NCBI GenBank assembly: GCA_049971805.1
Contig: JBMFKU010000011.1
Coordinates: forward strand, 1-41,918
Length of the DNA stretch: 41,918 bases
Reading direction: 5' to 3'
DNA from: Caldisphaera sp.
GTDB lineage: Archaea; Thermoproteota; Thermoprotei_A; Sulfolobales; Acidilobaceae
The notes under the pieces were generated by a model. That model was not told the origin of the DNA. It did not search any database and was given only the letters and a program-made list of their open reading frames with translations. The position numbers and the translations under genes are program-made. Numbering within the stretch: the first letter of the stretch is position 1; each line of letters begins with the position of its first letter. Shown one piece after another: positions 9,307-19,775 of the stretch.

Positions 9307-11435
9307 ATCCTAACACCCATTAATATAGTTAATAACAAATCTATTGCTTTTATAGCAACAAATGGTAGAGCTGCACCACCCAGACCATAGATGAGCAAAT
9401 TTTTAATAAATGTTTTTCTAGGGGGTTCCGGTTTATACTTAACTCCTCTTATGGCTAGAGGAATTAATAGGGGAATAATTATAGCATTAAATATCATTGT
9501 TGCAAGTATTGCAGTTTCTGGAGAATGAAGATGCATTATATTAAGATATGATAGTCTTGGGTTGTTTAAAATCAAGATCATTGGTAATATAGTAAAATAT
9601 TTTGCTATATCATTTGCAATGCTAAACGTAGTTATTGCTCCCCTCGTTACTAAAAGCTGCTTACTCAATTCTATAATTTTCACCACCCTAGATGGATTTG
9701 AATCCAAATCTATCATGTTTGCAGCCTCCTTTGCTGCTCTGGTTCCAGAGTTCATAGCAATCCCAACATCTGCCTTAGCTAGTGCTGGAGCATCATTTGT
9801 TCCATCTCCCATAGTTATTACTATATGGCCTTCTTTTTGCTCTTCCTGGACCTTGTTTAATTTATCAATAGGCTTTGCTCTAGAAATAACTTTTTCAATT
9901 CCTGCCTCTCCCGCTATCACATTTGCAGTTATAGGATTATCTCCAGTTACCATTATAGGGGTTATACCCATTATTTTTAAATCACGTATAACTTCTTTAA
10001 TACCATGCTTTAATCTATCCTTTAATACTATCACTCCAATAGCTTTATCATTTATTGCTATTAGCAATGGTGTTTCACCTTTCTGAGAAACATTTTCAAC
10101 AATTTTTTGCAATTCTTCCTTGTTAACATTTTTAATGAACTGCATAATTGAATCAACAGATCCCTTTAATATTTTTATGCTGTTATTGTTCTTAGCATAA
10201 TCATTTATTATTTCGATCAATTTCTGGCACTCCTTTTCATCAATCATCACTTTCTCAAGCATTGAAGGCTTTATTATTTCAATTCCGCTGTACCTTTTAT
10301 TGGCATTGAATTCTATAGGCTTAGAAAGCAATGCAAGGTCTACTATACCGTCTGGTATATTTATGTTTGAGGACTTTATAAAGTCTAAAATCGATTTTCC
10401 TTCTCTTGTTGAATCATTAAATGATGCCAGATAAGATGCTATTGCAACACATCTTTCATTATAACCATCTAATGGTATTAAAGAAGTTGCAACCCTGTTT
10501 CCTTCTGTTATGGTCCCTGTTTTATCTAATAATATGATATCAGCATCGCTTGCTGCCTCTATTGCTTTACCGGACTTGGCTATTATATTATCTCTTGTTA
10601 ATCTTGATATGCCTGCAATACCTATAGCAGGTAATAGTCCTCCAATAGTTGTCGGCATTAACGCAACCAAAAGGGCAATTATTAAAGCGGTGTTAACATA
10701 AGTATATCCGAGGGATTTTAATATATAGTAAAGGGTGCTCGTTACAATAATAAAAATTAGTGATAACCCTGATAACAAAATATTTAAAGATATCTCGCTC
10801 TGGCTTTTAGGTCTTTTTGCCTGAGAAACTAATGAGATCATTTTATCAACAAAGCTCCTACCCCTTTCTGATGTTATCTCAACAACTATTTCCCCTCCGA
10901 TTACCTTTGTACCACCTATAACATGATCTTCCTTTGTTTTGAATTGGGGCTCTGATTCCCCTGTTATCATGGATTCATCAATGTAGGCTGAACCATCGAT
11001 AATGAATCCATCCATCGGGATTAGCTCTTCATTTCTTATTATTATCCTATCACCAATTTTTAGTTGGTTTGATTTTATATCAACAGTTTTATCGTTTAAT
11101 ATTTTATGCGCTAAAATTTCTTTTTCTAAAGACCTTAATGAATCAACCCTTGCCTTTGCCTGCTGCTCTGAAAACGATTCTGATAGAGTTGAAAACCATG
11201 CAGCCAAAAATAGTGTTATTGATACTCCAATATAAAAATATGTCTGATTTTTAGGATAGGAATTTGGTATAAAGAAATTTATTATTGTAACGAGAAAACC
11301 TATAATAACAACAAACATAACAGTGTTGTTCTTTGCTAAATAATACGGGTTGAGTTTTATAATTGATTCTATTAATACTCTTTTTAAATTAACTCTTTCA
11401 TGGAATCTCCTCTCTTTTTCAATCTCTTTCTTCAT
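9303..11435 (-). CDS. kdpB: K+-transporting P-type ATPase subunit B
   Basis: TGES, PTTIGGLL, DKTGTIT, GDGTNDAPAL and TTFSIANDIAKYF. Confidence 0.97.
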   Translation of the reverse strand: MKKEIEKERRFHERVNLKRVLIESIIKLNPYYLAKNNTVMFVVIIGFLVTIINFFIPNSYPKNQTYFYIGVSITLFLAAWFSTLSESFSEQQAKARVDSLRSLEKEILAHKILNDKTVDIKSNQLKIGDRIIIRNEELIPMDGFIIDGSAYIDESMITGESEPQFKTKEDHVIGGTKVIGGEIVVEITSERGRSFVDKMISLVSQAKRPKSQSEISLNILLSGLSLIFIIVTSTLYYILKSLGYTYVNTALIIALLVALMPTTIGGLLPAIGIAGISRLTRDNIIAKSGKAIEAASDADIILLDKTGTITEGNRVATSLIPLDGYNERCVAIASYLASFNDSTREGKSILDFIKSSNINIPDGIVDLALLSKPIEFNANKRYSGIEIIKPSMLEKVMIDEKECQKLIEIINDYAKNNNSIKILKGSVDSIMQFIKNVNKEELQKIVENVSQKGETPLLIAINDKAIGVIVLKDRLKHGIKEVIRDLKIMGITPIMVTGDNPITANVIAGEAGIEKVISRAKPIDKLNKVQEEQKEGHIVITMGDGTNDAPALAKADVGIAMNSGTRAAKEAANMIDLDSNPSRVVKIIELSKQLLVTRGAITTFSIANDIAKYFTILPMILILNNPRLSYLNIMHLHSPETAILATMIFNAIIIPLLIPLAIRGVKYKPEPPRKTFIKNLLIYGLGGAALPFVAIKAIDLLLTILMGVRI

Positions 11436-11440
11436 TTATA

Positions 11441-13027
11441 TCACCATGAAAAGGGACCTATTATTATGAATGGGAAAAACGTTAGAACTGTTAATAAAAA
11501 TATCATAAATAATAGTATTAAGATAAATAATAGACCTTCAGTAGGTATGGGCTCGATCTCAGCCTTTCTATCCTTTGTTGAAAAAGAATTAGACAGGGCA
11601 AGCATTAATCCTATTGGTAAATACCTACCTAAAAACATAACTATGGCTGTTGAATAGTTGTAAAATTGTGTGTTGGCAATAATTGATAGATAATCCGAAC
11701 CGTTATTTGCAGCTGATGATGTAAATTCGTAAAGGATTTGAGTATATGTGTATGCATTAATTTTAAGGTGGAGAAAGGAAAAAGATAATGCAATCGCTGT
11801 TGGTATTAGTATGAGTATTGGATGCGTTAAAAATACCCCTATTGATAGCTTAATATCCTTTGGATTTATCTTCATCCCCATAATTTCTGGCATCTTCCCT
11901 ACCATTAATCCTAGGATAAATAATGTTAGTATAACATATACTATCATATACATAAACCCTGTGCCTATCGATCCGGGTATTGATTGTATAAACATTGCCA
12001 ACAAAAATCCTGTTATCGCCATTGAAGACATTGAATATAGGGATGAACTCAAGGCGCCAGTGTTTGTAGAAAGGGATACCGAATTAAATAGTAATGAAGA
12101 ATAATTGCCAAACCTTACGCTTATAATCCCTTTTGGAGGAGATATAACTGATAAAACAATTATAATTGCCATACCTATAATCATAGATGCTAATATTGAA
12201 AATCCCCTTTTTTTACCAAGCAGCCTACCAAAGGCTAATGGCATTGATAATGGGAACACAAGCATCAAAAGCATCTCAAAGTAGTTAGACAAGTTGCTTG
12301 GATTTTCAAAGAGGTTTGCAGAGTTTGATCCATAATAACCACCACCATTATTTCCTAATAGCTTAATGCTCTCCAAAGAAGCTACAGGGCCTGTATAAAT
12401 AATTTGATGTGTATTGGTAATATAATATGGATTAAATGTTTGTGGTAGTCCTAAAGAAATAAATATTATCGATGTGACAATTGATATAGGTAATATGAGG
12501 AACAAAAATGACCTAATAAAATCAACATAAAAGTTTCCTATATATTTTGATTTTCTTAAAAATCCCCTAGTAAAGGCATAGAAAGCAGATAGACCGGTTG
12601 AAGGACCAATAAACATAGATGATGTTATTACTAAGATTTGAGAAGTAATAGAAAGGTTTAGTTCTCCAATGTAGTGCTGTAGGTTTGTGTTTGTAACAAA
12701 AGAAATTGCTGTGTTAAATGATAGATCAATGCTTAAGCCTTTATATTTTGGACCTATAAATGATAAAAATCCTTGATAACTTAAAAAAATTGTATCAAAT
12801 ACTATAAATATGATGTTTAATAATAAAAGAGATATAAAATACTCTTTCCAGTTCATGCTATAGTTTTTATCAATATTTAAGAAATTAAATATTTTATTTT
12901 CTATTTTTTCAAAGACTTTACTTTTAATTTTACCATCTATAAACAATGAAATAGGGTAGCTTAATATATATGATATTATTATTGTAAGAGACATAATTAT
13001 AGCTGTTTGCAGAATGAATTCTAACAT
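11441..13027 (-). CDS. kdpA: K+-transporting ATPase subunit A
   Basis: Selectivity-filter motifs FVTNTNLQHY, LGNNGGG, TNTGA and AANNGS. Confidence 0.95.
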   Translation of the reverse strand: MLEFILQTAIIMSLTIIISYILSYPISLFIDGKIKSKVFEKIENKIFNFLNIDKNYSMNWKEYFISLLLLNIIFIVFDTIFLSYQGFLSFIGPKYKGLSIDLSFNTAISFVTNTNLQHYIGELNLSITSQILVITSSMFIGPSTGLSAFYAFTRGFLRKSKYIGNFYVDFIRSFLFLILPISIVTSIIFISLGLPQTFNPYYITNTHQIIYTGPVASLESIKLLGNNGGGYYGSNSANLFENPSNLSNYFEMLLMLVFPLSMPLAFGRLLGKKRGFSILASMIIGMAIIIVLSVISPPKGIISVRFGNYSSLLFNSVSLSTNTGALSSSLYSMSSMAITGFLLAMFIQSIPGSIGTGFMYMIVYVILTLFILGLMVGKMPEIMGMKINPKDIKLSIGVFLTHPILILIPTAIALSFSFLHLKINAYTYTQILYEFTSSAANNGSDYLSIIANTQFYNYSTAIVMFLGRYLPIGLMLALSNSFSTKDRKAEIEPIPTEGLLFILILLFMIFLLTVLTFFPFIIIGPFSW

Positions 13028-13212
13028 AAATTGGTCTACCCCTATTAATCAACATTTTTTATTTCTTTGTTTTGATCTTTCATGGAAATCCCGTTTTTTG
13101 CTTAGCAAATAATAAATAGATAAAGAGGTTTTTATATGTTAAATGAATCTTAGTTATAACAAAAATTTTAAATAAAAAATATAAAGATTAAGAAAAAATT
13201 ATTGGTAATAGG

Positions 13213-13830
13213 CTAAGGCCATTTCATGCTTTTCATTTCTTGTTTTATCTTTTCTCCATTTTCTTCTACATGTTTTAATCTCAAGTTATAGTAATTATCT
13301 CCATTAGAATCTATAGTAATGACCAGCGGACCAAATTTATCAACTTCAAGTACCCACAATGCTTCTGGTACACCTAGTTTATCTAGCCAAAATACATCTT
13401 TTACTCTCTTTATCCTTTCAGCTGCCAATGCACCAGCTCCTCCTGTAAAGACTGCATATACTGCAACGTGCTTTTTCATTGCATTTGCAGTCCTTTCCCC
13501 CATACCACCTTTTCCAATAATCATCTTTGTCCCAGTCTTTTCTATGAATTCTGCTTCAACGCTTTCCATTCTCATGCTAGTTGTTGGCCCAGCAGCCACT
13601 ATTCTCCATGAATTGTTTTCTTTCACTACAACAGGACCACAGTGATACACAGCTAACCCCCTAAAATCTATTGGTAATTTTTCGTTTTTGGCTAGCAATT
13701 CTAGTGCCATCTCATGTGCTTCATCCCTTGCTGTTACCATAGTACCGCTCAAAAAAACTATATCTCCAATTTTTAACTTCTTAATATCATCATCCTTTAA
13801 AGGAGTTGATAAATAATATTCCATACTCAT
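13213..13830 (-). CDS. Class I fumarate hydratase / L-tartrate dehydratase beta subunit
   Basis: TARDEAH, YHCGP, GPTTSMRM and IGKGGM. ATG at 13830 follows GAGGTGA. Confidence 0.9.
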   Translation of the reverse strand: MSMEYYLSTPLKDDDIKKLKIGDIVFLSGTMVTARDEAHEMALELLAKNEKLPIDFRGLAVYHCGPVVVKENNSWRIVAAGPTTSMRMESVEAEFIEKTGTKMIIGKGGMGERTANAMKKHVAVYAVFTGGAGALAAERIKRVKDVFWLDKLGVPEALWVLEVDKFGPLVITIDSNGDNYYNLRLKHVEENGEKIKQEMKSMKWP

Positions 13831-13835
13831 ATATA

Positions 13836-14750
13836 TCACCTCTTCACAACACATTCCGTTCCGTTATAAAAAAGATGTTTACTTGTTAATTCCCAAGAAC
13901 CATCGGAATGAATAATAGCCGAAGATCTTCTTGTAGCCCAACAGCTTGTAACTATGCCAATAGCATATGTTGCTGGATGCCTATATGCATATTCTATTTT
14001 CACATCTAGTGCAGTTAATTGCCCTCCAAATCCATGAGGACCTAATTCCAATTTGTTAAGCTCATTTAATATATCTAATTCCATTTTAGCTAAGTTTGGA
14101 TCCTTATTCCTTTCACCCACAGGTGATAACAAGGCCTTTTTGGCCAAAGACATAGCTATATCTCCTCCTGCTGCAACTGATATTCCAACAATTAATGGAG
14201 GACATGGCAATGGACCGTACTTAACTATTGTATCAACAACTCCCCTCTTTAATTTATCAAGCCCCTCTATAGGTTCGCTCATTATTAATGTTGAAGGGGC
14301 TTCGCAACCCCCGCCCTTTGTCATAAACCATACCTTTAAATCATCGCCTTCAACTATATCGTAGTGGAACCATGGTATGTATCTACCAGTATTATCCCCG
14401 CTGTTCTTTTTATAGAAAGGATCAACAGCATTTGGCCTTAGATAACCATCCTTTGTAACCTTTCTTAGAGCTTCTGATGCAGACTTGTAAAGTCCTGCCC
14501 TAATGGGGAAGTTCTCACCCATTTCAACGTAGAAATAAGGTGTTCCAGTATCTTGGCAGATTGGTACCTTTTTCTTACAAGCAATATCTATATCTAACAA
14601 AATTGCCTCCAATTGCTTTCTAGCTGCGGGATTTGTTTCCTTATCATATGCCTTTTTCAATGCATCATAAACATCAACCGGTATACTCGTAGAGGTTGTT
14701 TTAATCATATCATAAAAAATACTAGTTAAACCCTCCTGCGTTATAACCAT
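13836..14750 (-). CDS. Class I fumarate hydratase / L-tartrate dehydratase alpha subunit (4Fe-4S)
   Basis: PICQDTG, KGGGCE, PCPP, HPA and SCWATR. Confidence 0.92.
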   Translation of the reverse strand: MVITQEGLTSIFYDMIKTTSTSIPVDVYDALKKAYDKETNPAARKQLEAILLDIDIACKKKVPICQDTGTPYFYVEMGENFPIRAGLYKSASEALRKVTKDGYLRPNAVDPFYKKNSGDNTGRYIPWFHYDIVEGDDLKVWFMTKGGGCEAPSTLIMSEPIEGLDKLKRGVVDTIVKYGPLPCPPLIVGISVAAGGDIAMSLAKKALLSPVGERNKDPNLAKMELDILNELNKLELGPHGFGGQLTALDVKIEYAYRHPATYAIGIVTSCWATRRSSAIIHSDGSWELTSKHLFYNGTECVVKR

Positions 14751-14817
14751 TCTCTCACCATACTAATAGTAATTAAATGGAAATTATATTTTTGAACTAT
14801 AATAGGATTATAAATAA

Positions 14818-15867
14818 CTAATATCTTGAATTAAAATTATCTATTATTTTTGATATCTCAATGGCAGAATCATTAAATTTTAATGGCTCAGTATTTTCTT
14901 TTGTTATTTCATTTAAAGTTTTTAATAGGTCAATCCTTAAAAGATCCTTGCATGAAAAAACCCTATAGCCCTTTCTATTTTCCATTAATTTGGCGTTTTC
15001 TAAGTGCTCAAAATGGTTATCTATATATAGAAATATTGCCGGCTTGTTTAAAATGTTTGTTTCTACAATGCCTCCATAGCCTGATAATGTTATAATAGCC
15101 TTTGATTTTTCCATCAATTTGAAGGGGTTTTTATTAAAGTATTTTGATGAACCTATTATTATTGTTTCAACCTTATTTTTTTCAAGCCTTTCTTTTATCT
15201 TTTCTGCCATGTTTTTAGCTGCATCAGTTCCTCCAATGTTTATCAAAATATATTCATTTTTAGATGAATCTCCATTTCTTCCATTTTTTTCATTAAAATC
15301 ATGGGTAAATGAAGGGCCTAAATTTATATAATCTTTATCTCTATCCCATAGGCTTAAATTAATCCTTAATGAAAATTTTTTATTTAACCTTTCTCTTAAT
15401 CCATTGTTAAGCTTAGGTATAACATATTTTTCAAAAAAACCCATTTTATTATATGTAATCCTTGTGAAATCCGTTATAAAAATTGATTTTTCCTTTGGAA
15501 GTCTATCTAATAGCAAAAACTCCCAGAACTCATCTGCAACTATTAAATCATAGCTATCAAAATCTATGCCTTCTTTTATTTTTTCTGAATTAAACTTAAC
15601 AGCTTTATAAAATGAGTAAGAATTAAGAGGATTAATTTTAACTTCGCAATTCCTTATTATTTTATCCCCTAAATATGAACCTAAGTTTTTTAATTCATAT
15701 GATATTGTTTCAATTTTTTCATTTTTAATTTTTAGGTAATTTAATGCGTTACCAGATGTAAGCCATATTACATCATGGTTTAAAAATTTTTTAATGTGAT
15801 AATCTCTTGTTACGTGGCCTAATCCTATGCTAGAAGTTGCATAAAGTATCTTCGTTAATCTCACCAT
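14818..15867 (-). CDS. GT-B glycosyltransferase (GT28/MJ1255-like)
   Basis: N-terminal GLGHVTR, INIGG, SGYGGIVE and HFEHLENA. Start is probably ATG at 15867, which removes the overlap with uppS. Confidence 0.75.
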   Translation of the reverse strand: MVRLTKILYATSSIGLGHVTRDYHIKKFLNHDVIWLTSGNALNYLKIKNEKIETISYELKNLGSYLGDKIIRNCEVKINPLNSYSFYKAVKFNSEKIKEGIDFDSYDLIVADEFWEFLLLDRLPKEKSIFITDFTRITYNKMGFFEKYVIPKLNNGLRERLNKKFSLRINLSLWDRDKDYINLGPSFTHDFNEKNGRNGDSSKNEYILINIGGTDAAKNMAEKIKERLEKNKVETIIIGSSKYFNKNPFKLMEKSKAIITLSGYGGIVETNILNKPAIFLYIDNHFEHLENAKLMENRKGYRVFSCKDLLRIDLLKTLNEITKENTEPLKFNDSAIEISKIIDNFNSRY

Positions 15868-15878
15868 TTTAAATGGCT

Positions 15879-16529
15879 TTAAACACCAAAGTTCCTCTGT
15901 TGTAGAGAAAACCATTGGATCGACTTTTCAAGTTCGCTTTTGTTAAAATCAGGCCACAGAATGTCTGAAAAATAGAATTCTGCATAGTTAACTAATAGAG
16001 GGAAGAAGCCGCTAATCCTCTTTACCCCACCTGTTCTAATAACTAAATCAATTGGGCTTAAATCTAAAGAAACAGGTCTTTCTCCTCTCTTTATTTTTTC
16101 TATTTCCCACTCACCAGAATAACAATATGCCAGATTTAAAACTCCATTGTTTCTGTTTTTAGTTTCTTCATGTGTTTTTTCTATCTCATCCAAAACAAAG
16201 TCAGGTGGGATTGATAGATCTCCTGTTACCCTAACAGATATATCATTTTTTTGCAATTTTTTGTTTTCTCTGATATATTTAAAGCCCTCTCTAGATAAAT
16301 TAAATAAGAAATTAAGCTCATCTTTAGTCCTTTTTTTGCAGTTCTCATAGCTCAATATGTAAACAGAGGCATTGTATATGCTTAAATCTATGATAGAGTC
16401 CAAAATCCTTTTTAGGTTTTCAAATCCTTGTCTGTATGCTGTAAAGTAATCGATACCAATTTTTTTCGCCCATCTTCTGTTTCCGTCAGGTATAATTCCT
16501 ATGTGATTCGGTATCACTTTTCTCCCCAC
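15879..16529 (-). CDS. uppS: cis-prenyltransferase (undecaprenyl/dolichyl diphosphate synthase)
   Basis: HIGIIPDGNRRW, IRTGG..RISGF and C-terminal RNFG. Confidence 0.95.
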   Translation of the reverse strand: MGRKVIPNHIGIIPDGNRRWAKKIGIDYFTAYRQGFENLKRILDSIIDLSIYNASVYILSYENCKKRTKDELNFLFNLSREGFKYIRENKKLQKNDISVRVTGDLSIPPDFVLDEIEKTHEETKNRNNGVLNLAYCYSGEWEIEKIKRGERPVSLDLSPIDLVIRTGGVKRISGFFPLLVNYAEFYFSDILWPDFNKSELEKSIQWFSLQQRNFGV

Positions 16530-16610
16530 ACCTATAATTTTTTTAGAAATAAATAACTCTTTCCAAACTATATATATAAATCTTTAGTTTAAATATTTAT
16601 TTGAGGAGAG

Positions 16611-17489
16611 ATGAGTAATTGGAAGAATTTAATAAGAGAAATAATGAAGTACGCAAAAAACGAGGACTGCATTGATTACGATTCATGCAGGCTAGGTAAT
16701 TTTTTATTAAACATAGATGGATATTCATCTTCTAGGAGCAAGCTACCTTGGATGAGCTATTACGATTGGGGCTATAAAGCTACTGTAGCATCTATGAGTG
16801 ATATAATAGTTTCAGGAGGAGAACCTAAGGGAATATTGTACAGCGTTGGGGCATTAAATGAGGAAAACTTAAAGGAAATAGCTAAAGGTGTTGGAGACGC
16901 ATCTATATATTTAAATAGCGTAGTTTTAAAGGGTGATGCAAATAAAGCCCTAGATGATCCATGGATTGATGTTGCATCTATAGGTGAAGTGCACGAAAGG
17001 CATGTGAAAAGGAAGGGAGCAAAAGAGAAAGATTATTTGTTACAAATAGGTTATGTTGGATATGGAGCTCTATCAGAAAAGGCATTAAAAAACTTTAATT
17101 TTGATGAAAAAATAATTGAAAAAACTAAGAGGCCTTGCTTAGAGGTAAATGCATGGAAACCAATATCTTTGTATGCAACATCATCATCTGATAACAGTGA
17201 TGGTTGGGCATCAACAATATATAATATAATAGATTCTAGCAATGTAAGGATTGATTTAAATTCAATAGAGATAGACCCTGAATTGCATGATATTGTAAGT
17301 GATGAGGATGCATTAAAAAGCGGTGAGGACTACTCATTTGCAGTAACAGTTGATAAAAACGATATAGAAAATTTTTTAGATATGTGCACATCATTAAAAA
17401 TAAAATGCTTTGTTGTCGGTCATGTAAAAAATGGTTATGGATTATATTATAAAGGAAAATTAATAGAAAATGAGGGATGGACCTGGTAA
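16611..17489 (+). CDS. thiL: Thiamine-monophosphate kinase
   Basis: GYKA...SDI..SGG, KGD, DNSDG, GEDY and terminal GW. Confidence 0.8.
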   Translation: MSNWKNLIREIMKYAKNEDCIDYDSCRLGNFLLNIDGYSSSRSKLPWMSYYDWGYKATVASMSDIIVSGGEPKGILYSVGALNEENLKEIAKGVGDASIYLNSVVLKGDANKALDDPWIDVASIGEVHERHVKRKGAKEKDYLLQIGYVGYGALSEKALKNFNFDEKIIEKTKRPCLEVNAWKPISLYATSSSDNSDGWASTIYNIIDSSNVRIDLNSIEIDPELHDIVSDEDALKSGEDYSFAVTVDKNDIENFLDMCTSLKIKCFVVGHVKNGYGLYYKGKLIENEGWTW

Positions 17490-17502
17490 CTAGGGGATTT
17501 AA

Positions 17503-18357
17503 ATGAAGTTAAATGAAGAAAGGATCAATGAAATAAGTGATGCTATAAAAGATTTCGGCATTTATTCAATTTTAAGATTGGAAGAAAATTACGATCCCCA
17601 GTTTAAATCAATACAAAATGTTTCACAAAGGATTGGAAAAAACTATTCATCAGCTTACTCCCTTCTTGTTTCTCTAGTAAGCTATAGGTTGGCAATGAAG
17701 GGTGAGGATTGGTGGGATTGCTTTTCAAAATACTTCTCAGAAAAAGATATTCCTAAGAACTATGATGAATTGATAAAAAATGTAATTGATTTTATTAATA
17801 GCTGCAGAGGATCTATTATAGGTAGGGAAAACAAGATAAAGAGGATAAAAAAGGTTTCATTGAATGCAAGGGATTTATTAATAAAAATATTAAACGAACC
17901 AAATTTAATATTAAACGAACCAAATAAAATCATGAAAGAAATTTCTAAGGCATTGAATTCTCAAGAATGGAGAAAGACGATATCTTTTTCAATAAAAATG
18001 GCATATTATGCAGTCAAAGATAGAAACGAATTAAAGCCTTTGCTGATTAAAATTCCATTACCAATAGATCTAAGGATATCATGTATAACATATACAAGCA
18101 ATTTAATTGATGCAGAAAGCTATAAAAAGATTTTATCAAGCCCAAAAATGGCCATATATGCATGGGATTGCATATCTGAAAAGAGCGGCGTACCTCAAAT
18201 CCATTTAGATAGCCTTTTATGGACAATTGGTTGGATTCCAAGAAATATGGGGATTAAAGAAGGGAGGAAAAAAGTTGTTGATATTTTAAAGAATATCTCT
18301 GATGAAGAGAAATCAGAAAAGATTGCTGAACAGTTCTTAATAAAGGAATGTAGATAG
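17503..18357 (+). CDS. Archaeal 8-oxoguanine DNA glycosylase/AP lyase (AGOG)
   Basis: EE.DPQF, SYRL..KGEDWW, KTISFSIKM, IPLPIDLRI and HLDSLLW. Confidence 0.9.
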   Translation: MKLNEERINEISDAIKDFGIYSILRLEENYDPQFKSIQNVSQRIGKNYSSAYSLLVSLVSYRLAMKGEDWWDCFSKYFSEKDIPKNYDELIKNVIDFINSCRGSIIGRENKIKRIKKVSLNARDLLIKILNEPNLILNEPNKIMKEISKALNSQEWRKTISFSIKMAYYAVKDRNELKPLLIKIPLPIDLRISCITYTSNLIDAESYKKILSSPKMAIYAWDCISEKSGVPQIHLDSLLWTIGWIPRNMGIKEGRKKVVDILKNISDEEKSEKIAEQFLIKECR

Positions 18358-18411
18358 GAACGAAAGGTTTTAAAATTCATTTTCTAATAATATGATTGAA
18401 AGGTGTAAAAA

Positions 18412-18798
18412 ATGGGAGTTTACCAATATAGGGATTTAAAAAAGCCAAGCGGAGGATTAAAGCATCTGGTTCATAAAAGGAAGAGAAGGTATGCAATGGG
18501 AGAGCTTTTTGTTGCAGCTGAGGTTTCAGATAAGGAAGAAAAGGTAATAAAGGATTGCATGGGCGGGAATAAAAAGATATCATTAAGGAAGGTAAATAAG
18601 GCAGTAATAACTGTAAATGGAAAATCAAAGGTTGTTAAGATTTTAAGCGTTATTTCAACCCCTGCAAATAGAGAATATGCTAAAAGAAACATAATAACAA
18701 AGGGGGCAATCATCGAGACGAGCGATGGTAAGGCAGTTGTTAAATCAAGACCGGGTCAGGATGGAATAGTAAATGCTGTTCTATTAAATAAACAGTAA
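18412..18798 (+). CDS. rps8e: 30S ribosomal protein S8e
   Basis: KPSGG, RNIITKGAIIET and SRPGQDGIVNAVL. Confidence 0.97.
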   Translation: MGVYQYRDLKKPSGGLKHLVHKRKRRYAMGELFVAAEVSDKEEKVIKDCMGGNKKISLRKVNKAVITVNGKSKVVKILSVISTPANREYAKRNIITKGAIIETSDGKAVVKSRPGQDGIVNAVLLNKQ

Positions 18799-18857
18799 TT
18801 AAATAAATTTGTATAAACTTTATATTTTAACTTGTAATTTAAAAGCTAGGTGGTAGA

Positions 18858-19775
18858 ATGTCTATTAATTATCCATGGCATTGGATTATAGAATGGAGCA
18901 CTCCTGGTACTGCACACATGCATGCAGTTAATAATGTGTATGCCTATGGCCAATCTAAATACCAAAGATGGGCAATAGTTGAATATGCAGATCTTGGAAA
19001 GGCATTAGTAATAGATGGAAAGGTGCAATCATCTTTATTGGATGAATTTGTATATCATGAATCGTTGGTTCAACCAGCAATGATATTAAATGGGAACCCC
19101 ATGAAAATCTTGATATTGGGTGGTGGTGAAGGAGCAACTTCTAGGGAAGTATTGAGATTTAAATCAACTGAAAAGGTTGTAATGGTAGATATAGATGACC
19201 AAATTGTTGAGGTTTGTAAAAAATATTTACCTGAATGGCATCAAAATTCATTTTATGATAAAAGGGTTGAATTGATTATAGATGATGCGGAGCACTATAT
19301 AGATAGCACAAATGAAAAGTTTGATGTAATAATTTCAGACCTTGTTGATCCAGAAGAGGCAGGACCTGCTGTAAGGCTATATACAAGGGAGTTCTATCAA
19401 AAGATTTTAAATAAATTGAATAAAAATGGTATATTTGTTACACAATCAACTAGCCCTGTATTAACTCCAACAGTTCATGCTGTTATATACAACACAATAA
19501 AAAGTGTTTTCAAATATGCATCTTCATACTATGTTTACATAAGAAGCTATGAAGGAATTTGGGGTTTTGTTATTGCATCAAATGAAGTAAACGTTGAAAA
19601 CATTAAAAGCCTAAACGTTGATGAATATGTAAAAATTAATGTAAAAGATAAAAATAGGTACTATGATAATGAATCTCATGCCCACATGTTTTATATACCA
19701 AGATACATAAGGAATATATTCGAAAAAGAAAAGAGGATATCAACAATTAAGGAACCAATTTATTTGCCAGCATAA
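18858..19775 (+). CDS. speE: Polyamine aminopropyltransferase (spermidine synthase family)
   Basis: DEFVYHESL, ILGGGEG and FDVIISD. Confidence 0.93.
   Translation: MSINYPWHWIIEWSTPGTAHMHAVNNVYAYGQSKYQRWAIVEYADLGKALVIDGKVQSSLLDEFVYHESLVQPAMILNGNPMKILILGGGEGATSREVLRFKSTEKVVMVDIDDQIVEVCKKYLPEWHQNSFYDKRVELIIDDAEHYIDSTNEKFDVIISDLVDPEEAGPAVRLYTREFYQKILNKLNKNGIFVTQSTSPVLTPTVHAVIYNTIKSVFKYASSYYVYIRSYEGIWGFVIASNEVNVENIKSLNVDEYVKINVKDKNRYYDNESHAHMFYIPRYIRNIFEKEKRISTIKEPIYLPA

Noticed and set aside
13030-13135. Possible kdpF or leader peptide upstream of kdpA
   Set aside because: The only ORF with a start (MKDQNKEIKNVD) is hydrophilic, and the short hydrophobic stretch has no start codon.
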